A DNA stretch of 64,000 bases from an uncultured Bdellovibrionales bacterium (GCA_964384235.1 CAYLJX010000001.1:305709-369708); one strand, 5' to 3'; positions 38,039-47,921 are shown, numbered from the stretch's first letter. The notes: a model not told the origin generated them from the sequence alone. Program-made: numbers and translations.

Positions 38039-38548
38039 CTAACGGTCGCTCTGGAGGTATTGTTCCGTCTCACGGAGTATGCGCCGCGCGTTCTCGAAGG
38101 TCACTTTCTGGAGCGCCTCGGCGAACGGCAGCCAGACATACCCGATGTGCTCATGCGAGATCGTGACGTTCTCTTCGGTCGTCCGAGCCGGGAAAAAATG
38201 CACCTGTTTGAAGATCCAGACACCCCGCCCTTCCCGCTTCCGACGCTCGCGCTCCGTTCCCTTGGCGACATAGAAGTAACGGATGCTGGAACGCGATGAC
38301 AGCACCTCGAGAGTCGTAATCCCCGTCTCCTCAGCCGTCTCGCGACGAAGCGTCTCCTCCTCCGTCTCGCCCGCCTCGATATGTCCCTTGGCGAAATCGA
38401 AGTGTCCGCTCGGATAATGAAGGAGCAGGTACTCGCGTCCGGCTTCCGTCTCACGGAACACCACCGCTCCGACGGAAATCTCCCAAGCTACCGAGCAACC
38501 GATCGTCTTGAGAAAAAGATACAATGGTTTGAAAACGGGAAGTTTCAT
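38039..38548 (-). CDS. NUDIX hydrolase
   Basis: The Nudix box GHIEAGETEEETLRRETAEETG is present. Confidence 0.85.
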   Translation of the reverse strand: MKLPVFKPLYLFLKTIGCSVAWEISVGAVVFRETEAGREYLLLHYPSGHFDFAKGHIEAGETEEETLRRETAEETGITTLEVLSSRSSIRYFYVAKGTERERRKREGRGVWIFKQVHFFPARTTEENVTISHEHIGYVWLPFAEALQKVTFENARRILRETEQYLQSDR

Positions 38549-38686
38549 AAAGAAAGAGATTTTTTGAAAAAAGAAGCCGTTTGCAGTACTCTTCAGAGTA
38601 CGTCCATATTTCCAGAGTACACGAAAGAATCATCCTTGACAAAGTGACTTTTCGGTGTTCCAATTGAATTTCCTCACTTTCCCGTC

Positions 38687-40810
38687 ATGAAACGTCTCTC
38701 CGTCTTCCCGCAATTCATCGGTCGCTCCCTCTTCCGGGAAATCCTCTGGTTCTCGGGCCTGTTCGTTCTCGGAGTAGCCTTTGGCATCGCGAGCATCTAT
38801 CTCTGGGGCACTCCGAGCGTCGAGGGCGTCGCTTCGTTCCCCTTCAAACAGTCCTCCGTCCTCTACGACCGGACCGGTTCCATCGAACTCTACCGCCTCT
38901 ACGGCGAAGAAAACCGCACCGTGGTCGGCCATGACGCCATCCCTGCCGCCGTCCGTCTCGCCACCATCGCCTCGGAAGACGCGCACTTCTATTCGCACCA
39001 GGGTATCGATCCCCTGGCCATCCTCCGCGCGCTCAAGGTCAACCTCATGAACCAGGAGATCGAACAGGGTGCCTCGACCATCACCCAGCAGCTCACGCGA
39101 AACCTCTTCCTCACCCGGGAACGTACCCTGGGACGCAAAGTCCGCGAGATCTTCCTCGCGGTCAAGATCGACCGCTACCTCGACAAGGACACTATCCTCG
39201 ACATGTACCTGAACGCCGTCCCCTACGGCTCCAACGCCTACGGCATCCAGGCAGCCGCCGAAACCTATTTCAAAAAAGACGCCCGGAATCTCTCGATCGA
39301 CGAGAGCGCCTTCCTCGCCGCCCTTCCCAACGCCCCGACCTACTACTCCCCCTATGGCACCCACAAGGAAGAACTGCGAAGACGACAACACGACATCCTC
39401 CGCAAGATGTACGATCTCGGCCTCATCGATCGGGAGAAGTTCGACGGGGCGATCGGGACGGACACGCTCGCCAAGGTGAAACCGATCGAACGTCCGATCC
39501 GCGCCCCGCACTTCGTCTTCTATACGCTCGATACGCTCCGGGAAAAATACGGTCAGGAAGCGCTCGAGACCGGCGGGTACGCCATCTACACCACGCTCGA
39601 CCACGACCTGCAGCAGGCCGCCGAAAAAGCGGTGAAGACCGGTGCCGCCAAAAACCTCTCCCGCCGTGCCGAAAACGCCGCTCTCGTCTCGATCAACCCC
39701 AGGACCGGAGAAGTCCTCGCCATGGTCGGCTCCAAGGATTACTTCGATCCCAAAATCGACGGGCAGGTGAACGTCACCACGCGCGCCCGCCAGCCAGGCT
39801 CTTCCTTCAAACCCTTCGCCTACGCCAAGGCCTTCGAAAAGGGCTTCCAGCCGGAGACACCGCTCTATGACGTTCCGATCAACTTCGGCCCGGACGGCAG
39901 CGGCAAGGACTACATCCCCCACAACTACGACGGCAGGTATCACGGCAAAACGACGATGCGCGGCGCTCTCGCCATGTCTCTCAATATCCCGGCCGTCCAG
40001 ACACTCGCCCTGGCCGGTGTCCCGGACACCATCGAACTCGCCACCCGCCTCGGTATCACGACCCTCACCGATCCCAAACGGTACGGCCTCGCGCTCGTCC
40101 TCGGCGGTGCCGAGGTCCGCCCCCTTGATATGGCAAGTGCCTTCTCCGTCTTCAGTCAGGAGGGTGTCCGGCATGATATCCAGCCGATCTCCCGTCTCTA
40201 TGACCGCTATGGGAGAATCCTCCAGAAAAGCGACGCGGCGAGCAGTACGCGTGTCCTCGACACCGAGATCGCGAGAAAGATCAATTCCATCCTCTCCGAC
40301 AACCAGGCCCGCACCCCCATCTTCGGCCCGCGCAGTCCGCTCGCGTTCCCCAAGGGCGTGACCGTCGCCGCCAAGACCGGTACGACACAGAACTTCCGTG
40401 ACGCCTGGACGGTCGGATACACGGGATCCATCGCCGCGGCCGTCTGGGTCGGTAACAACGACAACCGCGCCATGGCGCCGGGATCGGACGGTATCTTTGT
40501 CGCCGCCCCGATCTTCCGGGAATACATGGACTATGCGCTCACGCGCTTCCCGGAAACCGGCTTCACTCCGTATACCCCCTCGGCGACCAAGTTCGCTGCC
40601 AAAGACCTCGGGGAACGACTCGGCGATATCGATGTGGACACCGTCTATATCGACAAGAAGACCGGTCGGGAAGTCTCCAAGAAAAAAGCCAAGAAACTCG
40701 GAAGTGACAAGGTGGAGAAACGTTCCGTCCTCGACCTCGACGACGATGAGGACAAACCTGGAACGGTGCGTTTCGAGGACATGCGCAAACTCTACACCCC
40801 CGCTTCCTAA
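38687..40810 (+). CDS. Class A penicillin-binding protein (GT51 transglycosylase plus transpeptidase)
   Basis: 707 aa with an N-terminal TM helix. GT51 motifs EDAHFYSHQGID and ASTITQQ are followed by transpeptidase SxxK, SxN and KTG (AKTGTT). Confidence 0.9.
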   Translation: MKRLSVFPQFIGRSLFREILWFSGLFVLGVAFGIASIYLWGTPSVEGVASFPFKQSSVLYDRTGSIELYRLYGEENRTVVGHDAIPAAVRLATIASEDAHFYSHQGIDPLAILRALKVNLMNQEIEQGASTITQQLTRNLFLTRERTLGRKVREIFLAVKIDRYLDKDTILDMYLNAVPYGSNAYGIQAAAETYFKKDARNLSIDESAFLAALPNAPTYYSPYGTHKEELRRRQHDILRKMYDLGLIDREKFDGAIGTDTLAKVKPIERPIRAPHFVFYTLDTLREKYGQEALETGGYAIYTTLDHDLQQAAEKAVKTGAAKNLSRRAENAALVSINPRTGEVLAMVGSKDYFDPKIDGQVNVTTRARQPGSSFKPFAYAKAFEKGFQPETPLYDVPINFGPDGSGKDYIPHNYDGRYHGKTTMRGALAMSLNIPAVQTLALAGVPDTIELATRLGITTLTDPKRYGLALVLGGAEVRPLDMASAFSVFSQEGVRHDIQPISRLYDRYGRILQKSDAASSTRVLDTEIARKINSILSDNQARTPIFGPRSPLAFPKGVTVAAKTGTTQNFRDAWTVGYTGSIAAAVWVGNNDNRAMAPGSDGIFVAAPIFREYMDYALTRFPETGFTPYTPSATKFAAKDLGERLGDIDVDTVYIDKKTGREVSKKKAKKLGSDKVEKRSVLDLDDDEDKPGTVRFEDMRKLYTPAS

Positions 40811-40831
40811 AACTCGCTATAATTCCTAGCG

Positions 40832-40860
40832 AGCCTACAAGAGAAAGTAGGCTTTCGCTT
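40832..40860 (+). terminator. Putative terminator hairpin after the PBP gene
   Basis: agcctac-aagagaaa-gtaggct followed by ttcgctt. A second 8-bp hairpin aagcgctg-taa-cagcgctt lies at 40881-40899 in the convergent gap. Confidence 0.4.
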
Positions 40861-40897
40861 GGGACGAGCGACGGAATTTCAAGCGCTGTAACAGCGC

Positions 40898-42151
40898 TTA
40901 TTCCTTCCGCAAGGCTTCCATCGGAGAAAGCTTGGAGGCGCGGTAGGCCGGAGCGATACCGAAGATCAGCCCGACCGCCATCGCGAAACCCGCTCCCAAA
41001 AGAAGCGAGTCCGGCGTCACCCGAAGCGTCAAAACAAAACCCATCGCGTCAAAAACAACGCTCGCCCCGAACGCTAACAGTATCCCCAGGAGAATGCCGA
41101 TGAGACCGCCCAAAAGCGTGATGATCAACGCCTCAAAGAGGAATTGCCGAAGCACGCTCGCGGACGTCGCGCCTACCGCCTTGCGCAGGCCGATTTCCGA
41201 CGTGCGCTCCGACACCGAGACGTACATGACGTTCATGATACCGACCCCGCCGACGACCAGTGATATCGACGTGAGCGCGAGGAGAAGGATCGTCATAGCC
41301 CCGAGCACGTCATCGAGCGTCGCCTGAGCCTCCTTGATCGACGTCACCGAGAAGTCGTCCTTGTCCGGATCGTCGATGTCATGCCGCTTGCGAAGGAGCG
41401 CGATGATATCCGCGACCGTCTGCGCTTCCAAGGAAGGATCTTTCATCTTGGCGGAGATCATCTGGACATAGTCGACGCCGAGGATCTTCTTTTCGAGCGT
41501 CTTCACCGGCACATAGGTGAAGGTGTCGAGGTCGATGAACCCGGCCGCTCCGCGCGATTCGAGCACGCCGATGACCCGGTACTTCTCACCCTTGATTGTG
41601 ACGGATTCCCCGACTGCTCCGCCACTTCCGAAAAACGTCTCCTTGGTATCCGATCCGAGCACTGCCACCCGCGCGAGATTCTCGTTTTCCTCTTCCGTGA
41701 AAAACCGTCCCGCAGAAAGTTTCAGTTTGTCATCGGCGAGCGGCGCCTCCGCTCCCGATCCGAAAAGCATGATGCGCTTGCCCGTCGAACCGTATGTGGC
41801 CCGCTCCTGCCCGATGGTCCCGGCATAAGCCGCCTCGACATTCGGAAGCTTCCTGATGGCGTCCCGATCATCGTCGGTGAGCGTCGTGATCTGCGTCCCC
41901 ATCGCCCTTGATGTCGCGTTTTCCGAAGACATCTTGCCCGATCCGGGGATCTTGACTTCGATCTGGATGAGATCGGTGCCGAAGCTCTCCACCTGCCCGC
42001 GCACAAATCCCTTGACCCCCTCGCCGAGCACCGTCACCATGACGACCGCGAACACCCCGATGACCACGCCGAGCAAAGCCAAAGCCGTCCGTGCCTTATG
42101 CGTACGGATGGTCTTTAAAGCAAAGAAAAGCGAGACGAACGCATGGTGCAT
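40898..42151 (-). CDS. ABC transporter permease, FtsX/MacB-like (MacB-type periplasmic domain, 4 TM)
   Basis: 417 aa with an N-terminal TM helix, a large periplasmic domain and a C-terminal FtsX domain. Confidence 0.9.
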   Translation of the reverse strand: MHHAFVSLFFALKTIRTHKARTALALLGVVIGVFAVVMVTVLGEGVKGFVRGQVESFGTDLIQIEVKIPGSGKMSSENATSRAMGTQITTLTDDDRDAIRKLPNVEAAYAGTIGQERATYGSTGKRIMLFGSGAEAPLADDKLKLSAGRFFTEEENENLARVAVLGSDTKETFFGSGGAVGESVTIKGEKYRVIGVLESRGAAGFIDLDTFTYVPVKTLEKKILGVDYVQMISAKMKDPSLEAQTVADIIALLRKRHDIDDPDKDDFSVTSIKEAQATLDDVLGAMTILLLALTSISLVVGGVGIMNVMYVSVSERTSEIGLRKAVGATSASVLRQFLFEALIITLLGGLIGILLGILLAFGASVVFDAMGFVLTLRVTPDSLLLGAGFAMAVGLIFGIAPAYRASKLSPMEALRKE

Positions 42152-42166
42152 AGGGAAAAAGACAGC

Positions 42167-43066
42167 TTAAGATCCAGGCGCGGAAGAAGGACGGTTCTCA
42201 GCGACGTGCCTGGCCCTCATCTTCTTCCACTGGGGTATGATATTCCGAACGACGATGCGGACGACGATAAGCAGGGAAACGATCGCGACCGAACCGATAT
42301 ACAAAGCCCGCATCCACCATTCGCCGGAATCCGTTCCTGAAAAGAAACCGTGCAGGACGAAAAGCGGGTAGGCGACAAAGCTTCCGTAGTGGATCGCACG
42401 CCACACCCTGATAGGCATCTTGGAGCGGATTTCTGACGTGAAGATGAGAATGAGGACAAGATAGAACGCGATGATACCGAGACCGACGGATCCGGTCAGA
42501 TCGTATCCCATTGCCGCCCGAAACGGCCGCTCCAATACGAAGGGGACAAGCGCTTCCACAAGGCGCAACCGGAAGAAACCATCAAAGAAAAAACTTCCCA
42601 GGTGAAGCAGAATGGTACCGAGCGCCAAAAACGAAAGAAAGCGATGGACTTCCAAGGCAAGCGCTCCGGAAACATAACGAAGGAAAGCGCGGGAACTGAT
42701 GATAAGGCCGTGCACGACAATGAACGTCAGGAGAACAAAGGAGAGAATCCCGGTCGCCCGACCGAAATACCAGACTGTTTTTTGCGGTTCACCGAGGATC
42801 CCGGGATCCGGCCGCTGTAATTCCAAGAGACGGGAGCTTTCAGGATCCAAAGGGTTGGTGCTCTCACGGATCTCCTCTCCATCGCCGATACCATCGCCAT
42901 CCGTATCAAAAAGCGTCGGGTCGGTCCCATAAATCCGAACCTCGCTCTCGTCAGTCAAGCCATCCACGTCGTTATCCTTGACAGCCGCATGGACAGACGG
43001 CGAAAAAACCGCCAACAGAACGGTTCCCCAGGCAAGTATTATCGATACAAGGATACGGTTTCTCAT
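42167..43066 (-). CDS. Secreted/membrane protein with N-terminal thrombospondin-type-3-like Ca-binding repeats and a C-terminal ferric-reductase-like (MsrQ/YedZ-like) heme-b membrane domain
   Basis: Signal peptide. DNDVDGLTDESE and DTDGDGIGDGEE are DxDxDG repeats. The C-terminal half has 5-6 TM helices with conserved His pairs (VHGLI, LLHLG, IHYG, LHGFF) resembling PF01794. Confidence 0.65.
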   Translation of the reverse strand: MRNRILVSIILAWGTVLLAVFSPSVHAAVKDNDVDGLTDESEVRIYGTDPTLFDTDGDGIGDGEEIRESTNPLDPESSRLLELQRPDPGILGEPQKTVWYFGRATGILSFVLLTFIVVHGLIISSRAFLRYVSGALALEVHRFLSFLALGTILLHLGSFFFDGFFRLRLVEALVPFVLERPFRAAMGYDLTGSVGLGIIAFYLVLILIFTSEIRSKMPIRVWRAIHYGSFVAYPLFVLHGFFSGTDSGEWWMRALYIGSVAIVSLLIVVRIVVRNIIPQWKKMRARHVAENRPSSAPGS

Positions 43067-43094
43067 GACGGATCATTTTTAGGAGATATGCACA

Positions 43095-44009
43095 CTATTT
43101 CCCCTTCCAGAGGTATCGGGCAAAAGCGTCGCTTACCGTTATTGTACCATCTTTCCCTATGAAATAAGCGGCCAGGCCGTTTGCTTGGGCAAACTTCAGT
43201 CCTCGTTCCCTATCCAGAAGGAGGAGCGTCTTGGCATACACATCGGCTTCCGTAGCATGCGCTCCCACCACCGTGACGGAGAGTACGCCGCTGCGCGTGC
43301 TTTTCATGGTAATCGGATCGATCAGGTGCGACTTCTCCTCACCGGCAATATGCCAGATACGGCGGTTGGTCCCGGACGTCGCGACGCTTCGATCCGACAG
43401 AAGAAGCGTGTCAACGGAACGCGCCTTATTGTGCGCATCCTCGATATCGATCGCCCACCACCGGTACCCATGCCCGAGATCCTCTCCGGACACATACATG
43501 TCTCCGCCGGCATCGACGATAAAATGCCGGTATTTCCGCTTGAGAAAATCTGTAATCTGATCAACGATATATCCCTTGCCGATGCCGCCGAAATCGATAC
43601 GAAGCGCGAGCGGTTTCCGTACATGGAAGTCCGGAGCCAGTACGACATCCCTGAACGTATGCCGCGGTGCCGAAAACGCCGCCGCCCTACCTGCCGATGA
43701 GACATGCGTATGTCTCGGGTCAAAGCTCTCACTATACCCCTCCCGTTCCAGGATTGGCAACACGGCCGGATCAAAGATTCCGCCTGTCTTCTCATGGTAG
43801 AACCGACACGTCTCCAAAAGCTCGAAACATTCCGGGGACACCTGCATGTCTTCGGAAGCATTCAACCGGCAGAGCTCGCTTTCCTCTCGGAATCGACTGA
43901 ACCGTTCCGAAAAATCACGAAACATCCGAAAACACGTATCGAGATCGGATTCCATCTCGTCCGCTTCATGAGAAGAGGAAAAGACCCGCACGAAAACATC
44001 CGTCTTCAT
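43095..44009 (-). CDS. FAD:protein FMN transferase (ApbE family)
   Basis: IDFGGIGKGY, VDAGGD and VATSGT motifs. Start chosen at the ATG preceded by GGAGG/GGGGGA (MKTDVFVRVF...). No signal peptide is evident. Confidence 0.8.
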   Translation of the reverse strand: MKTDVFVRVFSSSHEADEMESDLDTCFRMFRDFSERFSRFREESELCRLNASEDMQVSPECFELLETCRFYHEKTGGIFDPAVLPILEREGYSESFDPRHTHVSSAGRAAAFSAPRHTFRDVVLAPDFHVRKPLALRIDFGGIGKGYIVDQITDFLKRKYRHFIVDAGGDMYVSGEDLGHGYRWWAIDIEDAHNKARSVDTLLLSDRSVATSGTNRRIWHIAGEEKSHLIDPITMKSTRSGVLSVTVVGAHATEADVYAKTLLLLDRERGLKFAQANGLAAYFIGKDGTITVSDAFARYLWKGK

Positions 44010-44069
44010 GATTTCCCCCTTGACCTCCCTGGTAGCGGACTTCAGTGGCTGCATACGATCGGGACGATA

Positions 44070-44522
44070 TCACTGTCCGGTATCCACCAGTCCGTCAAGA
44101 TCGCCGTCAAAAAAATCAAGATAGGCGAAGTCGTCTTCGCCGGGATATTTATCGGAAACATCGGGAATGCTGTCCCCGTCGGTATCGGTAAAGTATTCCC
44201 ACTGAGGCACCTTCGGATCCGGATCAAGAGCATCGACCAACTGATCGCTGTCAGTATCGGTATCATAGCCCGCTGCCGTGACGATGACCTGCACCGGGAC
44301 CCGCTCCATGACCGTTATGGTCCTGGTTTCTTCCGTGACAGATGCCTCCTCTTCATCGTCATCCGATGATTGTCGATCATCCTCGGATTCCTCTTCAGAT
44401 TCTTCATCTTCTTCAGCCGAAGCAAACAGGAAGCCGTTCGTCACGTCCCAGGAAAACAGGGCCAGCGATCCAAAGGATGCGCTTCCGACAAACAGAGTGA
44501 GAAAAAGCATCCTGCGTACCAT
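44070..44522 (-). CDS. Secreted acidic protein with TSP3-like Asp-rich Ca-binding motifs
   Basis: Signal peptide, a poly-E/D/S tract, and DTDTDSDQLVD, DTDGDSIPDVSD and DGDLDGLVD motifs. Confidence 0.55.
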   Translation of the reverse strand: MVRRMLFLTLFVGSASFGSLALFSWDVTNGFLFASAEEDEESEEESEDDRQSSDDDEEEASVTEETRTITVMERVPVQVIVTAAGYDTDTDSDQLVDALDPDPKVPQWEYFTDTDGDSIPDVSDKYPGEDDFAYLDFFDGDLDGLVDTGQ

Positions 44523-44525
44523 ATC

Positions 44526-44906
44526 CTAAGAAGTTTTCGTCTTGCGCGTACTGGTCGGTTTCGTGACCTGTACGGTTTCCGTCTTCGTGACCGGCCGTTC
44601 CACGATCTTGGTCACGGTCTTTTGGTTCGCCTTTATCGCATCCGGCTGTTTTTTCAAGAGAGCGTCATACTCCGCCTTTGATCGCTCCATCTCCGCCTGA
44701 TACTCGGCTCTTTTCGAGGCTACCTGGTCGAAATATTCTTTCCTCGCCTGATCGCTTTCCTTGAGGGCCTGCAGATACTCCGATTTCTGCCGGTCTGCTT
44801 TCGCAAAACGATCCTGTTCATCGGTATAGAGCACCAGGAACAGCGATCCGCCCATCCCGAGAATCACAAACAGTATTATGATGACACGTATTTTTGTCTT
44901 ATCCAT
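44526..44906 (-). CDS. Membrane-anchored coiled-coil protein (hypothetical)
   Basis: An N-terminal TM helix followed by a charged helical region. Confidence 0.5.
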   Translation of the reverse strand: MDKTKIRVIIILFVILGMGGSLFLVLYTDEQDRFAKADRQKSEYLQALKESDQARKEYFDQVASKRAEYQAEMERSKAEYDALLKKQPDAIKANQKTVTKIVERPVTKTETVQVTKPTSTRKTKTS

Positions 44907-44953
44907 AGGCTTCCAGTATACCTGAAATCAGCAATCATGGCGAGACCTCTTTA

Positions 44954-46195
44954 TCATTCATACCGGAGTGCCTCCATCGGACTGACTTTCGACGCCTTGA
45001 GCGCCGGATAGAGACCGAAAACGAACCCGATACAGAGCGAGACGAAAAACCCGAGAGCAAGCGAGGAAGGTGGAACGATGAACCGCCATTCGTAGCCGAG
45101 GGTCGGAATGATGAGCGACGCGAGATAGATGACCCCGATACCGAGGACGATGCCGATAAGACCACCGATGAGCGTGATGACCGCCGACTCGAGGAGAAAC
45201 TGCGTGATGATGTGCCGCGACCGGGCACCGACCGCTTTGCGCAGACCGATCTCACGGATCCGCTGCGACACGGAGATGAGCATCGAGTTCATGATCCCGA
45301 TGCCGCCGACCAAAAGCGAGATGGACGCGATGGCCGAGAGAAAGTACTTGAGCACGTCTGTCACGGCCGTCAGTGTCCCCAGCGCCGCCTTGGTACTCCG
45401 GACAGAGAAGTCAGACTCTTCGCCCTCCTCGAGGTTATGGCGCTTGCGAAGGAGCGTCGCGACATCCGCGAGAGTATGTTCTATATTCTCTACCGCATCC
45501 ACCTTGCCGCGCGCGAAGTTGAGATAGTCGATCCCGAGAAGGAGCTTCTGAGCCGTTTCCAACGGGACATACACGAGCACATCAGGATTGGAGAACGCCG
45601 CGGAACCGCGCTCTTCGAGCACGCCCACCACCTTGAAAGGGATATCTTTGAGCGTCACGGTCTCACCGAGAGGACTACGGTCCGGAAAGAGGTCTTTGGA
45701 CCGCGACGATCCCAGGACGATCACCCGGGAGAGATCGCTCTCCTCTTCCGGAAAGAAGAATCTCCCCTCCGCGACACGGATCTCTTCCACTTCGATCATC
45801 TCCGGCGACACGCCCTGAAAACTCACTTCGAACGAATCCGTAGGTGACTCCGCGGTCGCGCTCCCCGTCACGTATCCCGAGACTGCCTTGAGGTGCGGGA
45901 CATTGCGCCGCTCCCGGAGCGCTTTCAGATCGTCGTTCTTGAAGGTCGTGGTGACGATACCGAGAGCCGATGCCGGCGCCCCTTTTTCCTCGGATGCGCC
46001 AGGAAGGATCCCGACCAGGTTCGATCCCACTTTTTCCACCTGTGAGAGCACCAATTGTTGCGCCGACGCCCCGATCCCCATCACCATGATGACGGCCGCC
46101 ACCCCGATGACGACGCCAAGCACGGTCAGAAAGAACCGCAATTTCGACGCGGCAAGCGCCCGGTAAGAAATCTTGAAAGGATCGGAAAGCTTCAT
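44954..46195 (-). CDS. ABC transporter permease, FtsX/MacB-like (second copy)
   Basis: 413 aa. Same architecture as 40898..42151 and clearly homologous. Confidence 0.9.
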   Translation of the reverse strand: MKLSDPFKISYRALAASKLRFFLTVLGVVIGVAAVIMVMGIGASAQQLVLSQVEKVGSNLVGILPGASEEKGAPASALGIVTTTFKNDDLKALRERRNVPHLKAVSGYVTGSATAESPTDSFEVSFQGVSPEMIEVEEIRVAEGRFFFPEEESDLSRVIVLGSSRSKDLFPDRSPLGETVTLKDIPFKVVGVLEERGSAAFSNPDVLVYVPLETAQKLLLGIDYLNFARGKVDAVENIEHTLADVATLLRKRHNLEEGEESDFSVRSTKAALGTLTAVTDVLKYFLSAIASISLLVGGIGIMNSMLISVSQRIREIGLRKAVGARSRHIITQFLLESAVITLIGGLIGIVLGIGVIYLASLIIPTLGYEWRFIVPPSSLALGFFVSLCIGFVFGLYPALKASKVSPMEALRYE

Positions 46196-46196
46196 G

Positions 46197-46919
46197 CTAT
46201 TTCAAAAGTTCGTTTTCGCCGTCCGCGATACGCCGATTTCGGACCGGTTCGTCCGCGACGATCTGTCCGTCCTTCATGCGGAGGATCCGTTTGGCATGCT
46301 CGGCGGTATAGGTCTCATGTGTGACCAGGATGATCGTATGCCCCCTATCGTTGAGTCGCTGGAGGATACGCATCACCTGGAGTCCGGCCTTGGAATCAAG
46401 GTTGCCGGTCGGCTCGTCCGCGAAGATGATTTCCGGGTCGTTTACCAAGGCACGCGCGATGGCGACGCGCTGTTTCTCGCCGCCGGAAAGCTGCCCGGAG
46501 AGGTATCCGGTCCGGTGTGAGAGATCGACCGCCTCGAGCGCAGCCCGGACCTTCGCGTCGTTGTTCTCGACGTGATGCTCGTCATAGAGGAGTGGGAGTT
46601 CGACGTTCTCAAAGACGCTCGTCTTCGGCAGCAGATTGAACGCCTGAAAGACGAAACCGATCTTTTTGTTGCGAAGTCTCGCCAACTCGTCATCGGAAAA
46701 TCCGGAAACTTCCCTGCCATCGAGAAGGTAGGTGCCCCCGGTCGATCGGTCCAAGAGACCCAAGATCTGCATCAAGGTCGATTTTCCCGATCCGGAGGGT
46801 CCCATGATGGAGACGAACTCGCCTTTGGCGATATCGAAACTCGCATCGGAGAGGGCTTTCGTTTCTACGCCTTCATTGGCATATGTCTTGGAAAGATGTC
46901 TGACAGAAATAAGCGCCAT
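46197..46919 (-). CDS. ABC transporter ATP-binding protein (MacB/LolD-like)
   Basis: Start at the internal ATG (MALISVRHLSKTY...). Walker A GPSGSGKST, signature LSGGEKQR and Walker B IIFADEPTGNLD are present. Confidence 0.9.
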   Translation of the reverse strand: MALISVRHLSKTYANEGVETKALSDASFDIAKGEFVSIMGPSGSGKSTLMQILGLLDRSTGGTYLLDGREVSGFSDDELARLRNKKIGFVFQAFNLLPKTSVFENVELPLLYDEHHVENNDAKVRAALEAVDLSHRTGYLSGQLSGGEKQRVAIARALVNDPEIIFADEPTGNLDSKAGLQVMRILQRLNDRGHTIILVTHETYTAEHAKRILRMKDGQIVADEPVRNRRIADGENELLK

Positions 46920-46920
46920 A

Positions 46921-47916
46921 TCACTTCTGTGGAGCGATAATACCGACTTGATCGCCTTCACTAAGACCTGAAACGATCTCAACCAAGCCATCATCGCCTT
47001 CCAGTCCGGTCTTCACTTCGACGCGCTTGAGCGTGCCGTCAGTCTGCTTCACGTCCGCGAACGATTTTCCGCCTTCTTTCACGACCGCCCGGAACGGGAG
47101 AACCGACACGTTCTCACGCTTCTTCGTCGCGATATCGACATTGGCTGTCATTCCCTCCTTGAGACGGCTGTCGGTATCTTTCAGACGGAACTTCACGACA
47201 TACGAAACGACATCCTGCACCACGGTCGCTCCCCGATCGATTTCCGCCACCTCCGCTTCGAAGACATCGGCGGTCGAGAGCGCATCGAACGTCACGGAGG
47301 CCGTCATGCCGGATACGACCTTGGCGATATCGGATTCAGGGACGCGTGCCTCGATAATAAGATCGCCCTCGCTCACCCGAGCCACGACCTTGCCGAGAGC
47401 GGACGTTTCCCCGACACGGATGTCCGCTTGGGAAACTACCCCAGCCATCGGCGAGACGATGATGCTTTCGTCCATCTGCGCGACGATCGAACGGACCCGT
47501 TCTCTTGCCTGCTCCGATGCCAGTTTCTTGGCCGCGCGTTCTTCTTCCTCATTTGTCTTGCTCTTCTTCCGGGCAAGCCGCTCTTCTTCGACAGCGATGG
47601 CCGCGGCGACCCGGGCCTGATTGAGTTCGGTCTGCAGCACTACGCGGTCAAGAGAGGCGATCTTTTGTCCCGCCCCAACCCGTTCCCCCTCCGTCACGTA
47701 TACGTGATCCACCACCCCGATCTTCTGAAAGGAAAGATCGGCATACTCGGTCGGTACGAGTTCGCCCGTCACCGAAACCGTTTCCGCCACCGTCCCGCGC
47801 CGGACCGTTTCCGTCTGATAGGTCGGCTGTGCGGGAGTCTGCTGCCACCGATAGAGACCTATTGCTACGAGAGCAAGGACAACAACCGTCAGAATGATTT
47901 TTGTTTTTCGAGACAT
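46921..47916 (-). CDS. HlyD/MacA-family periplasmic adaptor subunit
   Basis: Start at the ATG (MSRKTKIILTVVVLALVAIG...), giving a TM anchor, a coiled-coil region and a beta-barrel. The 5 prime part of the track ORF is GC-rich non-protein-like. Confidence 0.85.
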   Translation of the reverse strand: MSRKTKIILTVVVLALVAIGLYRWQQTPAQPTYQTETVRRGTVAETVSVTGELVPTEYADLSFQKIGVVDHVYVTEGERVGAGQKIASLDRVVLQTELNQARVAAAIAVEEERLARKKSKTNEEEERAAKKLASEQARERVRSIVAQMDESIIVSPMAGVVSQADIRVGETSALGKVVARVSEGDLIIEARVPESDIAKVVSGMTASVTFDALSTADVFEAEVAEIDRGATVVQDVVSYVVKFRLKDTDSRLKEGMTANVDIATKKRENVSVLPFRAVVKEGGKSFADVKQTDGTLKRVEVKTGLEGDDGLVEIVSGLSEGDQVGIIAPQK

Positions 47917-47921
47917 ATTTG

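Noticed and set aside
38630-40174. 514-aa minus-strand ORF antisense to the PBP gene
   Set aside because: Antisense to a class A PBP with intact GT51 and TP motifs. Composition is Gly/Asp/Val-rich and artefactual.
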